NCBI GenBank assembly: GCA_964520885.1 | Contig: CAZFQD010000001.1 | Location: 1-52,571, forward strand | DNA from: an uncultured Oscillospiraceae bacterium | Lineage (GTDB): Bacteria; Bacillota; Clostridia; Oscillospirales; SIG519 | Length of the DNA stretch: 52,571 bases | Direction of reading: 5' to 3' | Shown here: piece after piece, positions 8,728 through 18,233 of the stretch | How positions within the stretch are numbered: position 1 is the first letter of the stretch | Layout of the letters: the number at the start of each line of letters is the position of its first letter | Notes under the pieces: generated by a model | Told to the model about the DNA's origin: nothing | What the model saw: only the letters and a program-made list of their open reading frames with translations | Database searches by the model: none | Made by a program: the position numbers and the translations under genes

Positions 8728-10539
8728 ATGTGCGGAATAGTTGGATATATTGGCGATAAAGAATGTTCAGATATATTAATAGAAGGCTTAAAGAAATTAG
8801 AATATAGAGGCTACGACTCTGCTGGAATAGCAGTATTTGACCATAATATTAATGTTGTAAAAGTAAAAGGAAGATTGGCAAATTTAGAAAATAAAATAAA
8901 AAATGAGGGAACTCCAAAGGGCAAAGTTGGAATTGGACACACGCGGTGGGCTACTCACGGAGAGCCATCTGATGTAAATTCCCATCCGCATTGTAGTGGA
9001 AAGGTTGTTATAGTTCATAATGGAATTATTGAAAACTACTCTGCTTTAAAACAGCATATGCAAGAGCATAATAGAAAATTTGTTTCAGCAACTGATACTG
9101 AAGTTGTTGCTCATTTGATTGACTTTTATTATGAGGGTGACCCATTAGAAGCAATATTTAAAGCAACAAGTAGAATTAGAGGCTCATATGCTTTAGGGAT
9201 ATTATTTGAAGATATTCAGGATAAAATATTTGCTATTAGAAAGGATAGTCCTTTGGTTGTGGGAATTGGAAAGGGAGAAAACTTTATAGCATCCGATATG
9301 CCTGCAATTTTATCTAAAACAAGAGAGTATTATTTAATTGAAGAGGGCGAATTGGCAGTTTTAACTAAGGATAATATTACGATTTATAATCAAGATAAAG
9401 AAGAAATCAATAAGGAAATAACAACTGCAACTTGGGATGTTGAGGCCGCTGAAAAGGGTGGCTATCCTCACTTTATGTTAAAGGAAATTTATGAACAACC
9501 GAAAGCTTTGAAAAATACTATTAATCCGCGAATAGCAGGTGGTATTCACAATATTTTGTCGGAAGAACTAATTGACACTTCAAATATTAAACGAATTAAC
9601 ATTATTGCTTGTGGCTCTGCAATGCATACCGGTCTTTTAGGAAAATATGCATTTGAAAGATTAGCAAGAATTCCTGTTAATGTAGATGTTGCATCGGAAT
9701 TTCGTTATAGGGACCCCGTTTTATCAGATGGAGACATTGTTTTAATAATATCTCAATCGGGAGAAACAGCGGATTCTTTGGCGGCACTTAGATTAGCAAA
9801 AAGTAGAAACATTCCTACCATAGCAATTGTTAATGTTGTGGGTTCATCTATTGCAAGAGAAGCCGATTCGGTTATTTATTTTCAAGCAGGTCCCGAAATT
9901 GCTGTTGCCACTACAAAGGCTTTTACTTGCCAAACCGCAGTTTTATATCTATTTGCACTAAGATTAGCAATTGACAATAAAACAATTAGTGAACAACGGG
10001 CAAATGAAATTTTAGACGCATTATTGTCCGTCCCAAATGCTGTTGAAGAAATATTAAAGAATATTGAGCATTACCAACATTTAGCTTCATTTAATCAAAA
10101 TATTCATAACCTTTTCTTTATTGGCAGAGGGCAAGATAATGCTCTTTGCTGTGAAGGCTCATTAAAGCTCAAAGAAATATCCTATATGCACAGTGAGGCA
10201 TACGCCGCAGGAGAATTAAAGCACGGAACAATATCCTTAATTTATGACGGTGTGCCTGTTATTGCAGTTGCAACAGAAGATGTGCTTATGGAAAAAACAA
10301 TAAGCAATATTAAAGAGGTTAAAGCAAGAGGGGCTACTGTAACATTTATGTGCAAAAAGGGTGCTGTTAAGGACGGCGATTTTTATGACCATCTTATTGA
10401 ATTGCCAATTTTAGATGAATTTGTTATGCCAATTTTGGCAATCGTGCCTTTGCAAGTTTTTGCTTATTATACTGCTATATATAAGGGCTGTGATGTTGAT
10501 AAGCCAAGGAATTTAGCAAAATCAGTTACAGTTGAATAA
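8728..10539 (+). CDS. glmS: Glutamine--fructose-6-phosphate aminotransferase (isomerizing)
   Basis: True start is MCGIVGYIG (catalytic Cys2). Two SIS domains are present (SQSGETADS) and the C-terminus is ..AKSVTVE. The upstream part of the 8545 track ORF is the ribozyme. Confidence 0.95.
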   Translation: MCGIVGYIGDKECSDILIEGLKKLEYRGYDSAGIAVFDHNINVVKVKGRLANLENKIKNEGTPKGKVGIGHTRWATHGEPSDVNSHPHCSGKVVIVHNGIIENYSALKQHMQEHNRKFVSATDTEVVAHLIDFYYEGDPLEAIFKATSRIRGSYALGILFEDIQDKIFAIRKDSPLVVGIGKGENFIASDMPAILSKTREYYLIEEGELAVLTKDNITIYNQDKEEINKEITTATWDVEAAEKGGYPHFMLKEIYEQPKALKNTINPRIAGGIHNILSEELIDTSNIKRINIIACGSAMHTGLLGKYAFERLARIPVNVDVASEFRYRDPVLSDGDIVLIISQSGETADSLAALRLAKSRNIPTIAIVNVVGSSIAREADSVIYFQAGPEIAVATTKAFTCQTAVLYLFALRLAIDNKTISEQRANEILDALLSVPNAVEEILKNIEHYQHLASFNQNIHNLFFIGRGQDNALCCEGSLKLKEISYMHSEAYAAGELKHGTISLIYDGVPVIAVATEDVLMEKTISNIKEVKARGATVTFMCKKGAVKDGDFYDHLIELPILDEFVMPILAIVPLQVFAYYTAIYKGCDVDKPRNLAKSVTVE

Positions 10540-10552
10540 TTAGTAATTTTTT

Positions 10553-10588
10553 AAACGGCTTCAAACAGAAATTTGAAGCCGTTTTTTT
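10553..10588 (+). terminator. Rho-independent terminator after glmS
   Basis: Perfect 13-bp stem AAACGGCTTCAAA/TTTGAAGCCGTTT followed by a T-run. Confidence 0.85.
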
Positions 10589-10656
10589 GTGTAATAATTT
10601 AGAAAAAATTAAACATACTATTAAATGAAAACATCTTATGAAAGAAGGAAAAAAAT

Positions 10657-11100
10657 ATGAATACAAATGTTGAGTTTCTGAATTATATCCATCAAAATGC
10701 ACAAATGGGCAAGGATACTGTAAAGCAATTAATTGACATTTCAAATGATGAGCAATTTAAGAATATGTTAAAATCGCAACACAATGAATATGTTAGCGTT
10801 TTTGACAAAACCAATACTTTATTAGAACAGTTTAACAAAAAAGCAAAAGGGACTAATGTATTATCAAAGGTTACATTTTATTTAATAGTAAATATGCAAA
10901 CCTTAACAAACAAAACAGCCTCGCATTTATCCGAAATGCTGATTCAAGGAAGCACAATGGGAATTATTCAAATTACTAAAAAAATAAGCGAATACAATAC
11001 TGCCAACACGCAAATTTTAGATTTAGCAAATCAACTTCTTAATATTGAGCAAAAAAATGTAGATGAATGTAAAAAGTTTTTAGGCTCATTTGTTAAATGA
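10657..11100 (+). CDS. Hypothetical protein, predicted all-helical (four-helix-bundle-like)
   Basis: 147-aa ORF with an AGGAA RBS and no recognisable catalytic motif. Confidence 0.55.
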   Translation: MNTNVEFLNYIHQNAQMGKDTVKQLIDISNDEQFKNMLKSQHNEYVSVFDKTNTLLEQFNKKAKGTNVLSKVTFYLIVNMQTLTNKTASHLSEMLIQGSTMGIIQITKKISEYNTANTQILDLANQLLNIEQKNVDECKKFLGSFVK

Positions 11101-11231
11101 TTTATCTTTAATCATAGTTGGCTGTCGAGAAATGTGCAGAATTTGACTAAATTAAATTCGTCATCGTATAAAAGATACGATAGAGTTTGATTTGGTCAAA
11201 AGCCACAAAAACCTCACTCCTGTGCGGTTTT

Positions 11232-12359
11232 TTAAAACCCTTTATTTTTAATATTAATTGCCTTTTGAGGGCAAATTTCTTGACAGCAAAAGCATTTAAT
11301 ACAGTTCTTATAAAGAATTACAGCTTTTTTATTCTGCATTTTTATAGTTTTTGCAGGGCAGGTTCTATAACAATCGGCACAGCCTATACATTTTGAATTA
11401 TTAATTTTTGGAATTTGGGTAAAGTAATTTTGCAAAGGTTGTTTTATAAAATTTGGCATTCTTTGAAAAGCCGACATTTTATTTGAACTATTTGGTCTTT
11501 TAAAATTCTTTATAATAAAATCTTTAATATTATCTCCAACTATATCTAATTCATTTGCATTTTGTGGGCACAATTTTCTTTCAACTATTCTTTTTATAAT
11601 ATCAACCTCATCGGTTGAAAAACCTATTATTTCACAACAGGCTCTGTCTAAATGAAATGAGTTTTCGGATGCTAATGTAACTCCAATAAATCGTGGATTG
11701 CCACTTGAAGGACCATTTCCCTCCATACCTACTATTCCATCCATAAAGGCAAGTGTTGGTTTAGTAGCCAAACACAAATCTATTAACATATCGCAAAAAT
11801 CCTCAACCTTTGGAAAGCGAAAATGGTATTTTGCCTTTTCTAAGCCGGGAATTAAGCCAAAAATATTTTTAACAGCTCCTGTATATTTTGTTAAAGCGTG
11901 AGTTTTTAATTTTGAAACTGATATTACTATATCTGCATCAAAAAAAGCCTGCGTAATGTTAAATCTTTTAGCTTTTTCTCCTTTGGAATAGGAAAGTTCT
12001 TTGTATTTAAGGTCGTAGTTTAAATTACATTTAGTTACATTTGCAACCTTTTCCATTCCAGTTCCAACATAAATTGATTTAATAAAATTTGTAGTATGCG
12101 GACCGCCGGGGCAATCGGCAATAGTAACAACCCCGCCACTTTCCATAATTACTTTTGTTAAAGCAGTCATAAAAATTGGATGAGTTGTAACTGCTGTATC
12201 AGGATTTCGTTTAGTAATTAAATTTGGCTTTAATAAAACTTTTGTGCCTTTTTTTATGTATTTTTGAATTCCACCCAAATTATCAAAATGCTTGATAATT
12301 ATTTTAGTAAGCAAATGCTCATCATATTGAGCACAACCCAAAAGCGAAACAGTATTCAT
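11232..12359 (-). CDS. DUF362 domain protein with C-terminal 2x[4Fe-4S] ferredoxin domain
   Basis: 375-aa ORF with an AGGAG RBS. C-terminal CIGCADCYRTCP and CIKCFCCQEICP cluster motifs. Confidence 0.8.
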   Translation of the reverse strand: MNTVSLLGCAQYDEHLLTKIIIKHFDNLGGIQKYIKKGTKVLLKPNLITKRNPDTAVTTHPIFMTALTKVIMESGGVVTIADCPGGPHTTNFIKSIYVGTGMEKVANVTKCNLNYDLKYKELSYSKGEKAKRFNITQAFFDADIVISVSKLKTHALTKYTGAVKNIFGLIPGLEKAKYHFRFPKVEDFCDMLIDLCLATKPTLAFMDGIVGMEGNGPSSGNPRFIGVTLASENSFHLDRACCEIIGFSTDEVDIIKRIVERKLCPQNANELDIVGDNIKDFIIKNFKRPNSSNKMSAFQRMPNFIKQPLQNYFTQIPKINNSKCIGCADCYRTCPAKTIKMQNKKAVILYKNCIKCFCCQEICPQKAINIKNKGF

Positions 12360-12474
12360 ATAACGCTCCTTTAAAATTAATTAAGATTGATTTTATTATA
12401 AGATATTAATCACTATTTATCAATACTAAAAATTAGTTGCTATTGCATTTATTATTAAACTAAATAAAAAACGC

Positions 12475-12503
12475 TTGACAAGAATAAAAAGTTATGTTAA
12501 AGT
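12475..12503 (+). promoter_or_regulatory. Putative sigma-A-type promoter of the ATPase leader
   Basis: TTGACA (12475-12480), 17-nt spacer, TG-extended TAAAGT (12495-12503). Confidence 0.5.
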
Positions 12504-12540
12504 AACCATAAACTTTTTTATTTCATATATTATTATTAAT

Positions 12541-12641
12541 AACTGAGCAGGCGATGAGTTTAATTACTCGTGGGGCTGGGCCTTTAAGGGCAACAGGAAT
12601 ATACCTGTGGGACAGAAATGTGTTTCACAAGGTATTTTTTT
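12541..12641 (+). promoter_or_regulatory. Structured 5' leader with intrinsic terminator (candidate metal riboswitch or attenuator)
   Basis: G-rich blocks GTGGGGCTGGGCC, GGGCAACAGG and TGGGACAG. Terminator ATACCTGTG...CACAAGGTAT plus T-run (12601-12641). Its 5' arm can instead pair with ACAGG at 12593-12597. Confidence 0.4.
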
Positions 12642-12682
12642 ATACTCAAAAATTAATTTTAATTTTTTTGGAGGGGAAAAGC

Positions 12683-15217
12683 GTGTTAGAAAATATTATT
12701 ATTGGTTTAACAAGTGATAAGGCTAAAGAATTACAAATAAAATACGGAAAAAACCAACTTACTATAGAAAAAAAAGAAACATTTTTTCATAAAATTATTG
12801 AAGTTATAAAAGAGCCAATGTTTATTTTGCTTATGGTTGCCGCTGTTATATACTTCATTTTAGGGGAACCAAGAGACGGAGCAATTATGCTTGTTTTTGT
12901 TGTGGGCATAATTAGCATTGATGTAATTCAAGAATGGAAAACAGATAAAACCTTAAAGGCTTTAAAGGATTTATCGGCACCACACATAAAAGTAATTAGA
13001 GATGGAAATGAAATATTAATAAATAGTTGCGATTTAGTGCCAAATGATTTAATGCTAATTTCGGAAGGGGTAAAAATTCCTGCTGACGGAGTTGTAATTA
13101 GAGCCAATGACCTTTGCGTTGACGAATCTTCCTTAACCGGTGAAGCTTTAGGAGTTTGGAAAGTAATTACTGAAAAAGTTAATAAAGAGGACAAGGATTA
13201 TTGGCGAAAAGATTATTGCTATGCAGGAACTCTTGTAACGAGTGGTAGTGCAACTATATTAGTAGACAAAATCGGCTTAGAAACAGAGTATGGAAAAATT
13301 GGTGCTAATGTTGCTAATGTTGAAGAAACGATAACTCCATTGCAAAGGCAAACGGGTGCGTTAGTAAAACTAAGTGCTGTAATAGCCGCAATTTTGTTCG
13401 CATTTGTAGCAATAATAACCTTTTTCAACATTCTCGACCATATTTTGAAAGATAGAATTATTGAGAGTATATTGTCCGGCATAACCTTATCTATGGCTAT
13501 GATACCGGAGGAATTTCCTGTTATTTTAACTGTATTTTTATCAATGGGTGCATGGCGATTGGCAAAAAAGCAATCTCTTGTTAGAAAACTTCCATCGGTT
13601 GAAACACTTGGTATGGTTTCAGTTTTATGTGTTGACAAAACAGGAACAATAACACTTAATAAAATGACAGTTAAGGATACATTTCCTTTTAATTGTGACC
13701 AAAAAGAATTGAGTTTTATTATGGGTTTAGGTTGTGAAACTAATACTTATGACCCTATGGAAAAGGCTATGCTTTCTCATTGCGAACAATTGGGAATTAG
13801 CAAAGAAACTCTTTTTAGTAATGAACTAGTTAAAGAGTATTCTTTCACAAATGAAACAAAGATTATGGGACATATATGGAAAATGCCTAATGAAATATTA
13901 GTTGCGGCTAAGGGTTCGCCCGAGAAAATAATTTCTCTTTGCAATTTATCTTATGATGAGGAAAAAAACATAACCGACAAAATAACGCAAATGTCTAAAG
14001 AAGGACTAAGGGTAATTGCAGTCGCAAAAATGTCATTAAAAGACAAAAATAACATTCCCGAAACTCTACTTGAATGCAAAATGCAGTTGTGTGGTATAGT
14101 TGGACTGGCGGACCCTCCAAGAGAAACAATTAAGGATGATATAAAGCGATGCTCAAAAGCCGGAGTTCGCGTGGTTATGATAACCGGCGACAATGGAATT
14201 ACAGCAAGTTCTATTGCAAAACAAATAAAAATGCCTAATTGCGATGAAATTATAACCGGCGATGAACTTAATAAAATGAGCGATGAGCAGTTAAGAGAAA
14301 AAGTAAAGAGAGTAAACATTTTTTCAAGGGTTATCCCTGAGCATAAAATGAGAATTGTTAAGGCTTTCAAGGAAAATGGGCAAGTAGTTGCTATGACAGG
14401 CGACGGAGTAAACGACGCTCCAGCACTAAAAAATGCCGATATAGGAATTGCTATGGGCAAAAGAGGTTCGCAGGTTTCAAGAGAAGCGGCAGATTTAATT
14501 TTACTTGATGATAATTTTTCCACAATAGTTGATACAATTAAAGACGGAAGAAGAATATATGATAATATAAGAAAAGCAATAGGCTATGTTTTTACAATTC
14601 ATATTCCTATTGCACTTGCTTCACTTTTTGCACCATTATTGAAAATCGAACCTGCTTTATTAATGTTTTTACCATTGCATATTGTTTTGCTTGAATTAGT
14701 TATAGACCCTACCTGCTCAATTGTTTTGGAAAGACAGCCTGCCGAAAAAGATATAATGGAAAGACCACCTCGAAAAACTAATGAAAAAATACTAAATTTT
14801 TATATTTTAGCAAAGAGTTTTATTCAAGGGTTAGTGATTTTTGCGACTTCCTTCGGAACATATTTTGCAATAACAATAAGCAACCCTGAAAATCAATACC
14901 TCGCACGCACTATGGGACTTTGTATAATTTTACTCTCCAATATCTTTTTAGTTCAAGTTAACAGTTCAAATAGCGATTTCTTTTTTGTTTCATTTAATCG
15001 TTTAAAAAAAGACAGAGTAATGTGGATAGCAAATGGGGCAATAATATTTGGACTGCTAATTATGTTATACACGCCACTTTCAGCTTTATTAAAATTAACT
15101 CCTCTATCCTTTTCGCAATTAGCATTGGTTGCAATAATAGCCTTTGCTTCTGTAATGTGGTTTGAAATTGTAAAGTTAGTAAAATATATTATTAGGAATA
15201 AACATAGAAGTAATTAA
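12683..15217 (+). CDS. Cation-transporting P-type ATPase (type II, Ca2+/Mn2+-ATPase-like)
   Basis: GTG start after a GGAGGGG RBS. Phosphorylation motif CVDKTGTITLNKM, plus MITGDN and TGDGVNDAPALKNADIGIAMG. About 10 TM segments. Confidence 0.9.
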   Translation: MLENIIIGLTSDKAKELQIKYGKNQLTIEKKETFFHKIIEVIKEPMFILLMVAAVIYFILGEPRDGAIMLVFVVGIISIDVIQEWKTDKTLKALKDLSAPHIKVIRDGNEILINSCDLVPNDLMLISEGVKIPADGVVIRANDLCVDESSLTGEALGVWKVITEKVNKEDKDYWRKDYCYAGTLVTSGSATILVDKIGLETEYGKIGANVANVEETITPLQRQTGALVKLSAVIAAILFAFVAIITFFNILDHILKDRIIESILSGITLSMAMIPEEFPVILTVFLSMGAWRLAKKQSLVRKLPSVETLGMVSVLCVDKTGTITLNKMTVKDTFPFNCDQKELSFIMGLGCETNTYDPMEKAMLSHCEQLGISKETLFSNELVKEYSFTNETKIMGHIWKMPNEILVAAKGSPEKIISLCNLSYDEEKNITDKITQMSKEGLRVIAVAKMSLKDKNNIPETLLECKMQLCGIVGLADPPRETIKDDIKRCSKAGVRVVMITGDNGITASSIAKQIKMPNCDEIITGDELNKMSDEQLREKVKRVNIFSRVIPEHKMRIVKAFKENGQVVAMTGDGVNDAPALKNADIGIAMGKRGSQVSREAADLILLDDNFSTIVDTIKDGRRIYDNIRKAIGYVFTIHIPIALASLFAPLLKIEPALLMFLPLHIVLLELVIDPTCSIVLERQPAEKDIMERPPRKTNEKILNFYILAKSFIQGLVIFATSFGTYFAITISNPENQYLARTMGLCIILLSNIFLVQVNSSNSDFFFVSFNRLKKDRVMWIANGAIIFGLLIMLYTPLSALLKLTPLSFSQLALVAIIAFASVMWFEIVKLVKYIIRNKHRSN

Positions 15218-15235
15218 AAGTTAATTTTATATAAG

Positions 15236-15264
15236 ACACTATAACAAAATATAGCGTTTTTTTG
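15236..15264 (+). terminator. Probable terminator after the ATPase gene
   Basis: Imperfect stem ACACTATA/TATAGCGT (7 of 8 bp) followed by T7. Confidence 0.45.
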
Positions 15265-15435
15265 TTGTTTAATTGGTTTAAATGCTTTTTTGTTACCGTT
15301 TTGTAACTACTTTTTTTAAAAAATAGTGTATAATAGCAATAATGTATAAATATTATTGAAAAATATTGTATATTTTAAAACATATATAGTTTTTTATGGT
15401 ATAATTAATTTAATGATGCAAGTTGAAGTATTGGC

Positions 15436-15712
15436 AAAGACATAAGATATACCGCCCCTTGTTTTTTTGGCGGTGCAATAAGATAAAATTTTGTCTTTAT
15501 ACCAATTCCAAATAAAAATCTGGAATAGATTTTTGCAAGCATAGCTTGCCGAATTTTCCAAAGGAAAATTCATTTGGTTTGGTTCAATGCTAATTCCCTC
15601 AAAATTTGCATTGTTATTTTAGCAAATTTTGAGTTAGTCGCAAAGCGACTTTTAAAAAATACTCTATTTTTTAAACTGGAATTAGTATTACAAGGTGCAA
15701 TTCATTTGCACC
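15436..15712 (+). promoter_or_regulatory. Train of seven hairpins in the spo0A upstream region
   Basis: Nested hairpin at 15436-15498, then ATTCCA/TGGAAT 15505-15526, GCAAGC/GCTTGC 15535-15549, GAATTTTCC/GGAAAATTC 15551-15571, CAAAATTTGC/GCAAATTTTG 15600-15631, GTCGC/GCGAC 15637-15649 and GGTGCAA/TTGCACC 15694-15712. Confidence 0.4.
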
Positions 15713-15735
15713 ACGGGAAAGGAATGGTTATAAAA

Positions 15736-16551
15736 ATGAATGAAAAAATTAAAGTATTGGTTGTTGATGACAATCCATCATTTTGCTTTCTTGCTTCTGA
15801 AGAACTGAAAATAAGAAATTTTGAGGTTGTTGGAACCGTCGGAGATGGACATACTGCGTTACAATATATCTTAGATGAGACCCCTGATGTTGTGGTTCTT
15901 GACCTTATTCTATCTGGCATTAATGGTATTGGAGTTATGAGTTCTGTTGCAGAAAGTAATTTAGCAAAAAAACCGGCATTCATTATTTCAACTGTTATGT
16001 CAAACGAGTATTCATTTAAAGAATGTTCAAAATGGGGAGCTTCATACTATTTAGTAAAACCTTATGATTTTGATATATTAGCTCTTAGAATTAATGGCTT
16101 ATTTCCAAATAAAATATACGATAATACACAAATAAACGATAAAGATAATCATATTAATATCAACAATCGAGCAATTGCCAATAGACTACTTTCTTCGTCA
16201 AAAGATATAGATACGCAAGTTACTACACTTATTATAGATATGGGTATTCCTGCACATCTTAAAGGCTATCAATATATTCGCACTGCTATTATGATGGCTA
16301 TTGAAAATAGAGATATTATAAAATCAATAACTAAGGGTTTATATCCAGCAGTGGCAAATATACATTCAACTACTCCTTCAAGAGTAGAAAGAGCTATAAG
16401 AAATGCAATTGAAGTGGCTTGGCAAAGAGGAAATATTGTTGCTTTTCATAATATCTTTGGGTATACAATATCAAATGAAAGAGGCAAACCAACAAATTCT
16501 GAATTTGTAGCTCTATTAGCCGAAAAGATAAGAATAGAAAATAATAAATGA
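15736..16551 (+). CDS. spo0A: Sporulation master regulator Spo0A
   Basis: Receiver domain (KVLVVDDN...VVVLDLIL). Spo0A-specific C-terminal effector strings PAHLKGYQYIRTAIMMAIEN and SRVERAIRNAIEVAWQRGN. Start taken at ATG 15736 after AAAGGAA. Confidence 0.9.
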   Translation: MNEKIKVLVVDDNPSFCFLASEELKIRNFEVVGTVGDGHTALQYILDETPDVVVLDLILSGINGIGVMSSVAESNLAKKPAFIISTVMSNEYSFKECSKWGASYYLVKPYDFDILALRINGLFPNKIYDNTQINDKDNHININNRAIANRLLSSSKDIDTQVTTLIIDMGIPAHLKGYQYIRTAIMMAIENRDIIKSITKGLYPAVANIHSTTPSRVERAIRNAIEVAWQRGNIVAFHNIFGYTISNERGKPTNSEFVALLAEKIRIENNK

Positions 16552-16696
16552 AACAACCGATATTACAACTATATATGCAACTGCTTATAATGATAAACTT
16601 AAATTGGAAATTGAACTTTATCAACCTGTAAAAAAAGGGGCAGACGGCATTTGGGCAGTAAAAAGATTTAGATATGTAAATTAAATATTAATATTA

Positions 16697-16727
16697 TAAA
16701 AAGCCCTCTTTTTGAAGGCTTTTTTTC
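16697..16727 (+). terminator. Terminator downstream of spo0A
   Basis: AAAAGCCCTC TTTTT GAAGGCTTTTTTT, a stem with one mismatch plus a T-run. Confidence 0.6.
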
Positions 16728-16812
16728 TTCTCAAAACTTAAATATTTTTCGCTTTACACTACTACATAAAACTGATATAATATTATAATATAAAATAAAA
16801 AGGAAGATTTTT

Positions 16813-18210
16813 TTGAGCCAAAATGAGAACGAAACACAAAATTTATATATACAAAAGGTCTTGCACTTAAACGACCAAAGAGGTGCAATGCCATATTGTG
16901 TGGTGCAAACATTTGGTTGTCAACAAAACGCAAGCGACTCTGAAAAGTTAAAAGGTATGGCCGAAAAAATGGGGTATATTATTACAAATAAAATCGAAAT
17001 TGCCGATTTAATTATATTTAATACCTGTGCTGTTAGGGATAGTGCTGAAAAAAAAGTTTTAGGAAACATTGGTGCAATTAAGCATTTAAAGCAAAATAAT
17101 CGAAATGTCATTATGGTTTTGTGTGGCTGTATGATGGCTCAACAGCATATCCCAAAAATGATAAAGGAAAAATATCCTTATATTGATATGGTTTTTGGAA
17201 CAAATGCACTTTATAAATTCCCCTCATTATTATATGAAAAAATTTCTACTAAAACTAAGGTTTTTTTGACAGAAAATATAGATATATCAATACCCGAAGG
17301 AATACCGATTAAAAGAGAAAGCACTTGCAAAGCATATGTTACAATTATGTATGGGTGCAATAATTTTTGCTCATATTGTATCGTGCCTTATGTTAGGGGC
17401 AGAGAAAGAAGCAGACAGTCTTATGAGATTGAAAAGGAAATAAAAGAACTAATAAAAGACGGTTATAAGGATATAACTCTTTTAGGGCAAAATGTAAATT
17501 CCTATGGCAAGGACTTGAAAATAGAAACCGATTTTGCCGACTTGTTAAGGCAATTAAACAATATTGAAGGCGATTTCCGATTAAGGTTTATGACAAGTCA
17601 TCCAAAGGATATTACAAAAAAATTAATAGATACTATTACAGAGAGTGAAAAGGTATGCAATCACATTCATTTACCTGTTCAAGCAGGCTCAAACAAAATT
17701 TTAAAATTAATGAACAGAGGCTACACAAGAGAAAAATATTTTGAACTTATAGACTATGCAAAAAGCAAAATAAAAGATTTAGTTTTAACGAGTGATATAT
17801 TAGTGGGCTTTCCAACCGAAACAGATGATGATTTTTTAGAAACTATTGATTTAATAAAAAAAGTAGAGTTTGATTGCTTGTTTACCTTTATTTATTCTAA
17901 AAGAAAAGGCACTCCGGCAGATACTATGGAGGGGCAAATACCTTATGAACAAAAGCACAAAAATTTTGCTATACTTATAAAAGAGCAAAATTTAATTTCA
18001 AAAAGGATTAATGACAATTATTTAGGCAAAACTGTTAGAGTATTAGCAGAAGGCAAAAGCCAAAGCAATGAAGATATGCTAACCGGCAGAACTGAAGGAA
18101 ACAAGATAGTAAACTTTGCAGGAGATGAAAAGTTAATAGGGCAATTTGTAAATGTTAAAATTTTAGAAAGTAAAACTTGGCACTTATTAGGAGTTAATAT
18201 TAAAAAATAA
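16813..18210 (+). CDS. miaB: tRNA-2-methylthio-N6-dimethylallyladenosine synthase MiaB
   Basis: TTG start 6 nt after an AAGGAAG RBS. UPF0004 domain (VQTFGCQQN), radical-SAM CNNFCSYC motif and a TRAM domain. Confidence 0.9.
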   Translation: MSQNENETQNLYIQKVLHLNDQRGAMPYCVVQTFGCQQNASDSEKLKGMAEKMGYIITNKIEIADLIIFNTCAVRDSAEKKVLGNIGAIKHLKQNNRNVIMVLCGCMMAQQHIPKMIKEKYPYIDMVFGTNALYKFPSLLYEKISTKTKVFLTENIDISIPEGIPIKRESTCKAYVTIMYGCNNFCSYCIVPYVRGRERSRQSYEIEKEIKELIKDGYKDITLLGQNVNSYGKDLKIETDFADLLRQLNNIEGDFRLRFMTSHPKDITKKLIDTITESEKVCNHIHLPVQAGSNKILKLMNRGYTREKYFELIDYAKSKIKDLVLTSDILVGFPTETDDDFLETIDLIKKVEFDCLFTFIYSKRKGTPADTMEGQIPYEQKHKNFAILIKEQNLISKRINDNYLGKTVRVLAEGKSQSNEDMLTGRTEGNKIVNFAGDEKLIGQFVNVKILESKTWHLLGVNIKK

Positions 18211-18233
18211 ATAAAAATTAAGGAGAACAAAAA

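Noticed and set aside
10556-10581. The glmS terminator and the hairpin at 48219-48236 share the identical 9-bp stem CGGCTTCAA/TTGAAGCCG
   Set aside because: The match is short and the loops differ. It could be coincidence or a generic terminator stem, so it is not enough to call a repeat family.
11187-11396. Track ORF 11187-11396 (+) overlapping the 3' end of the DUF362 gene
   Set aside because: It lies antisense to the conserved ferredoxin-domain coding region, has no RBS and has hydrophobic low-complexity sequence.
12541-12641. Possibility that the ATPase leader is a yybP-ykoY (Mn) riboswitch or an M-box
   Set aside because: The hallmark GGGGAGTAG loop sequence of yybP-ykoY is absent, and I could not recognise M-box core strings. 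The leader is kept only as an unclassified candidate.
12554-12682. N-terminal extension of the ATPase ORF (MSLITRGAGPLRATG...)
   Set aside because: It contains an intrinsic terminator and has no RBS. A GGAGGGG RBS precedes the GTG at 12683, so the stretch is treated as 5' leader.
13219-14523. Long antisense ORFs inside the ATPase gene (13219-13638, 13951-14523), and similar ones inside mutS, mutL, ileS, etfA and others
   Set aside because: They are shadow ORFs on the opposite strand of strongly supported genes. They have no RBS and low-complexity or odd composition.
15547-15571. Spo0A 0A-box (TGCCGAA) and a sigma-H-like AAAGGAAAAT element upstream of spo0A
   Set aside because: It is a single 7-mer with one degenerate position, which is expected by chance in 500 nt. 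No convincing GAAT -10 element sits at the right spacing. It is mentioned only as context.
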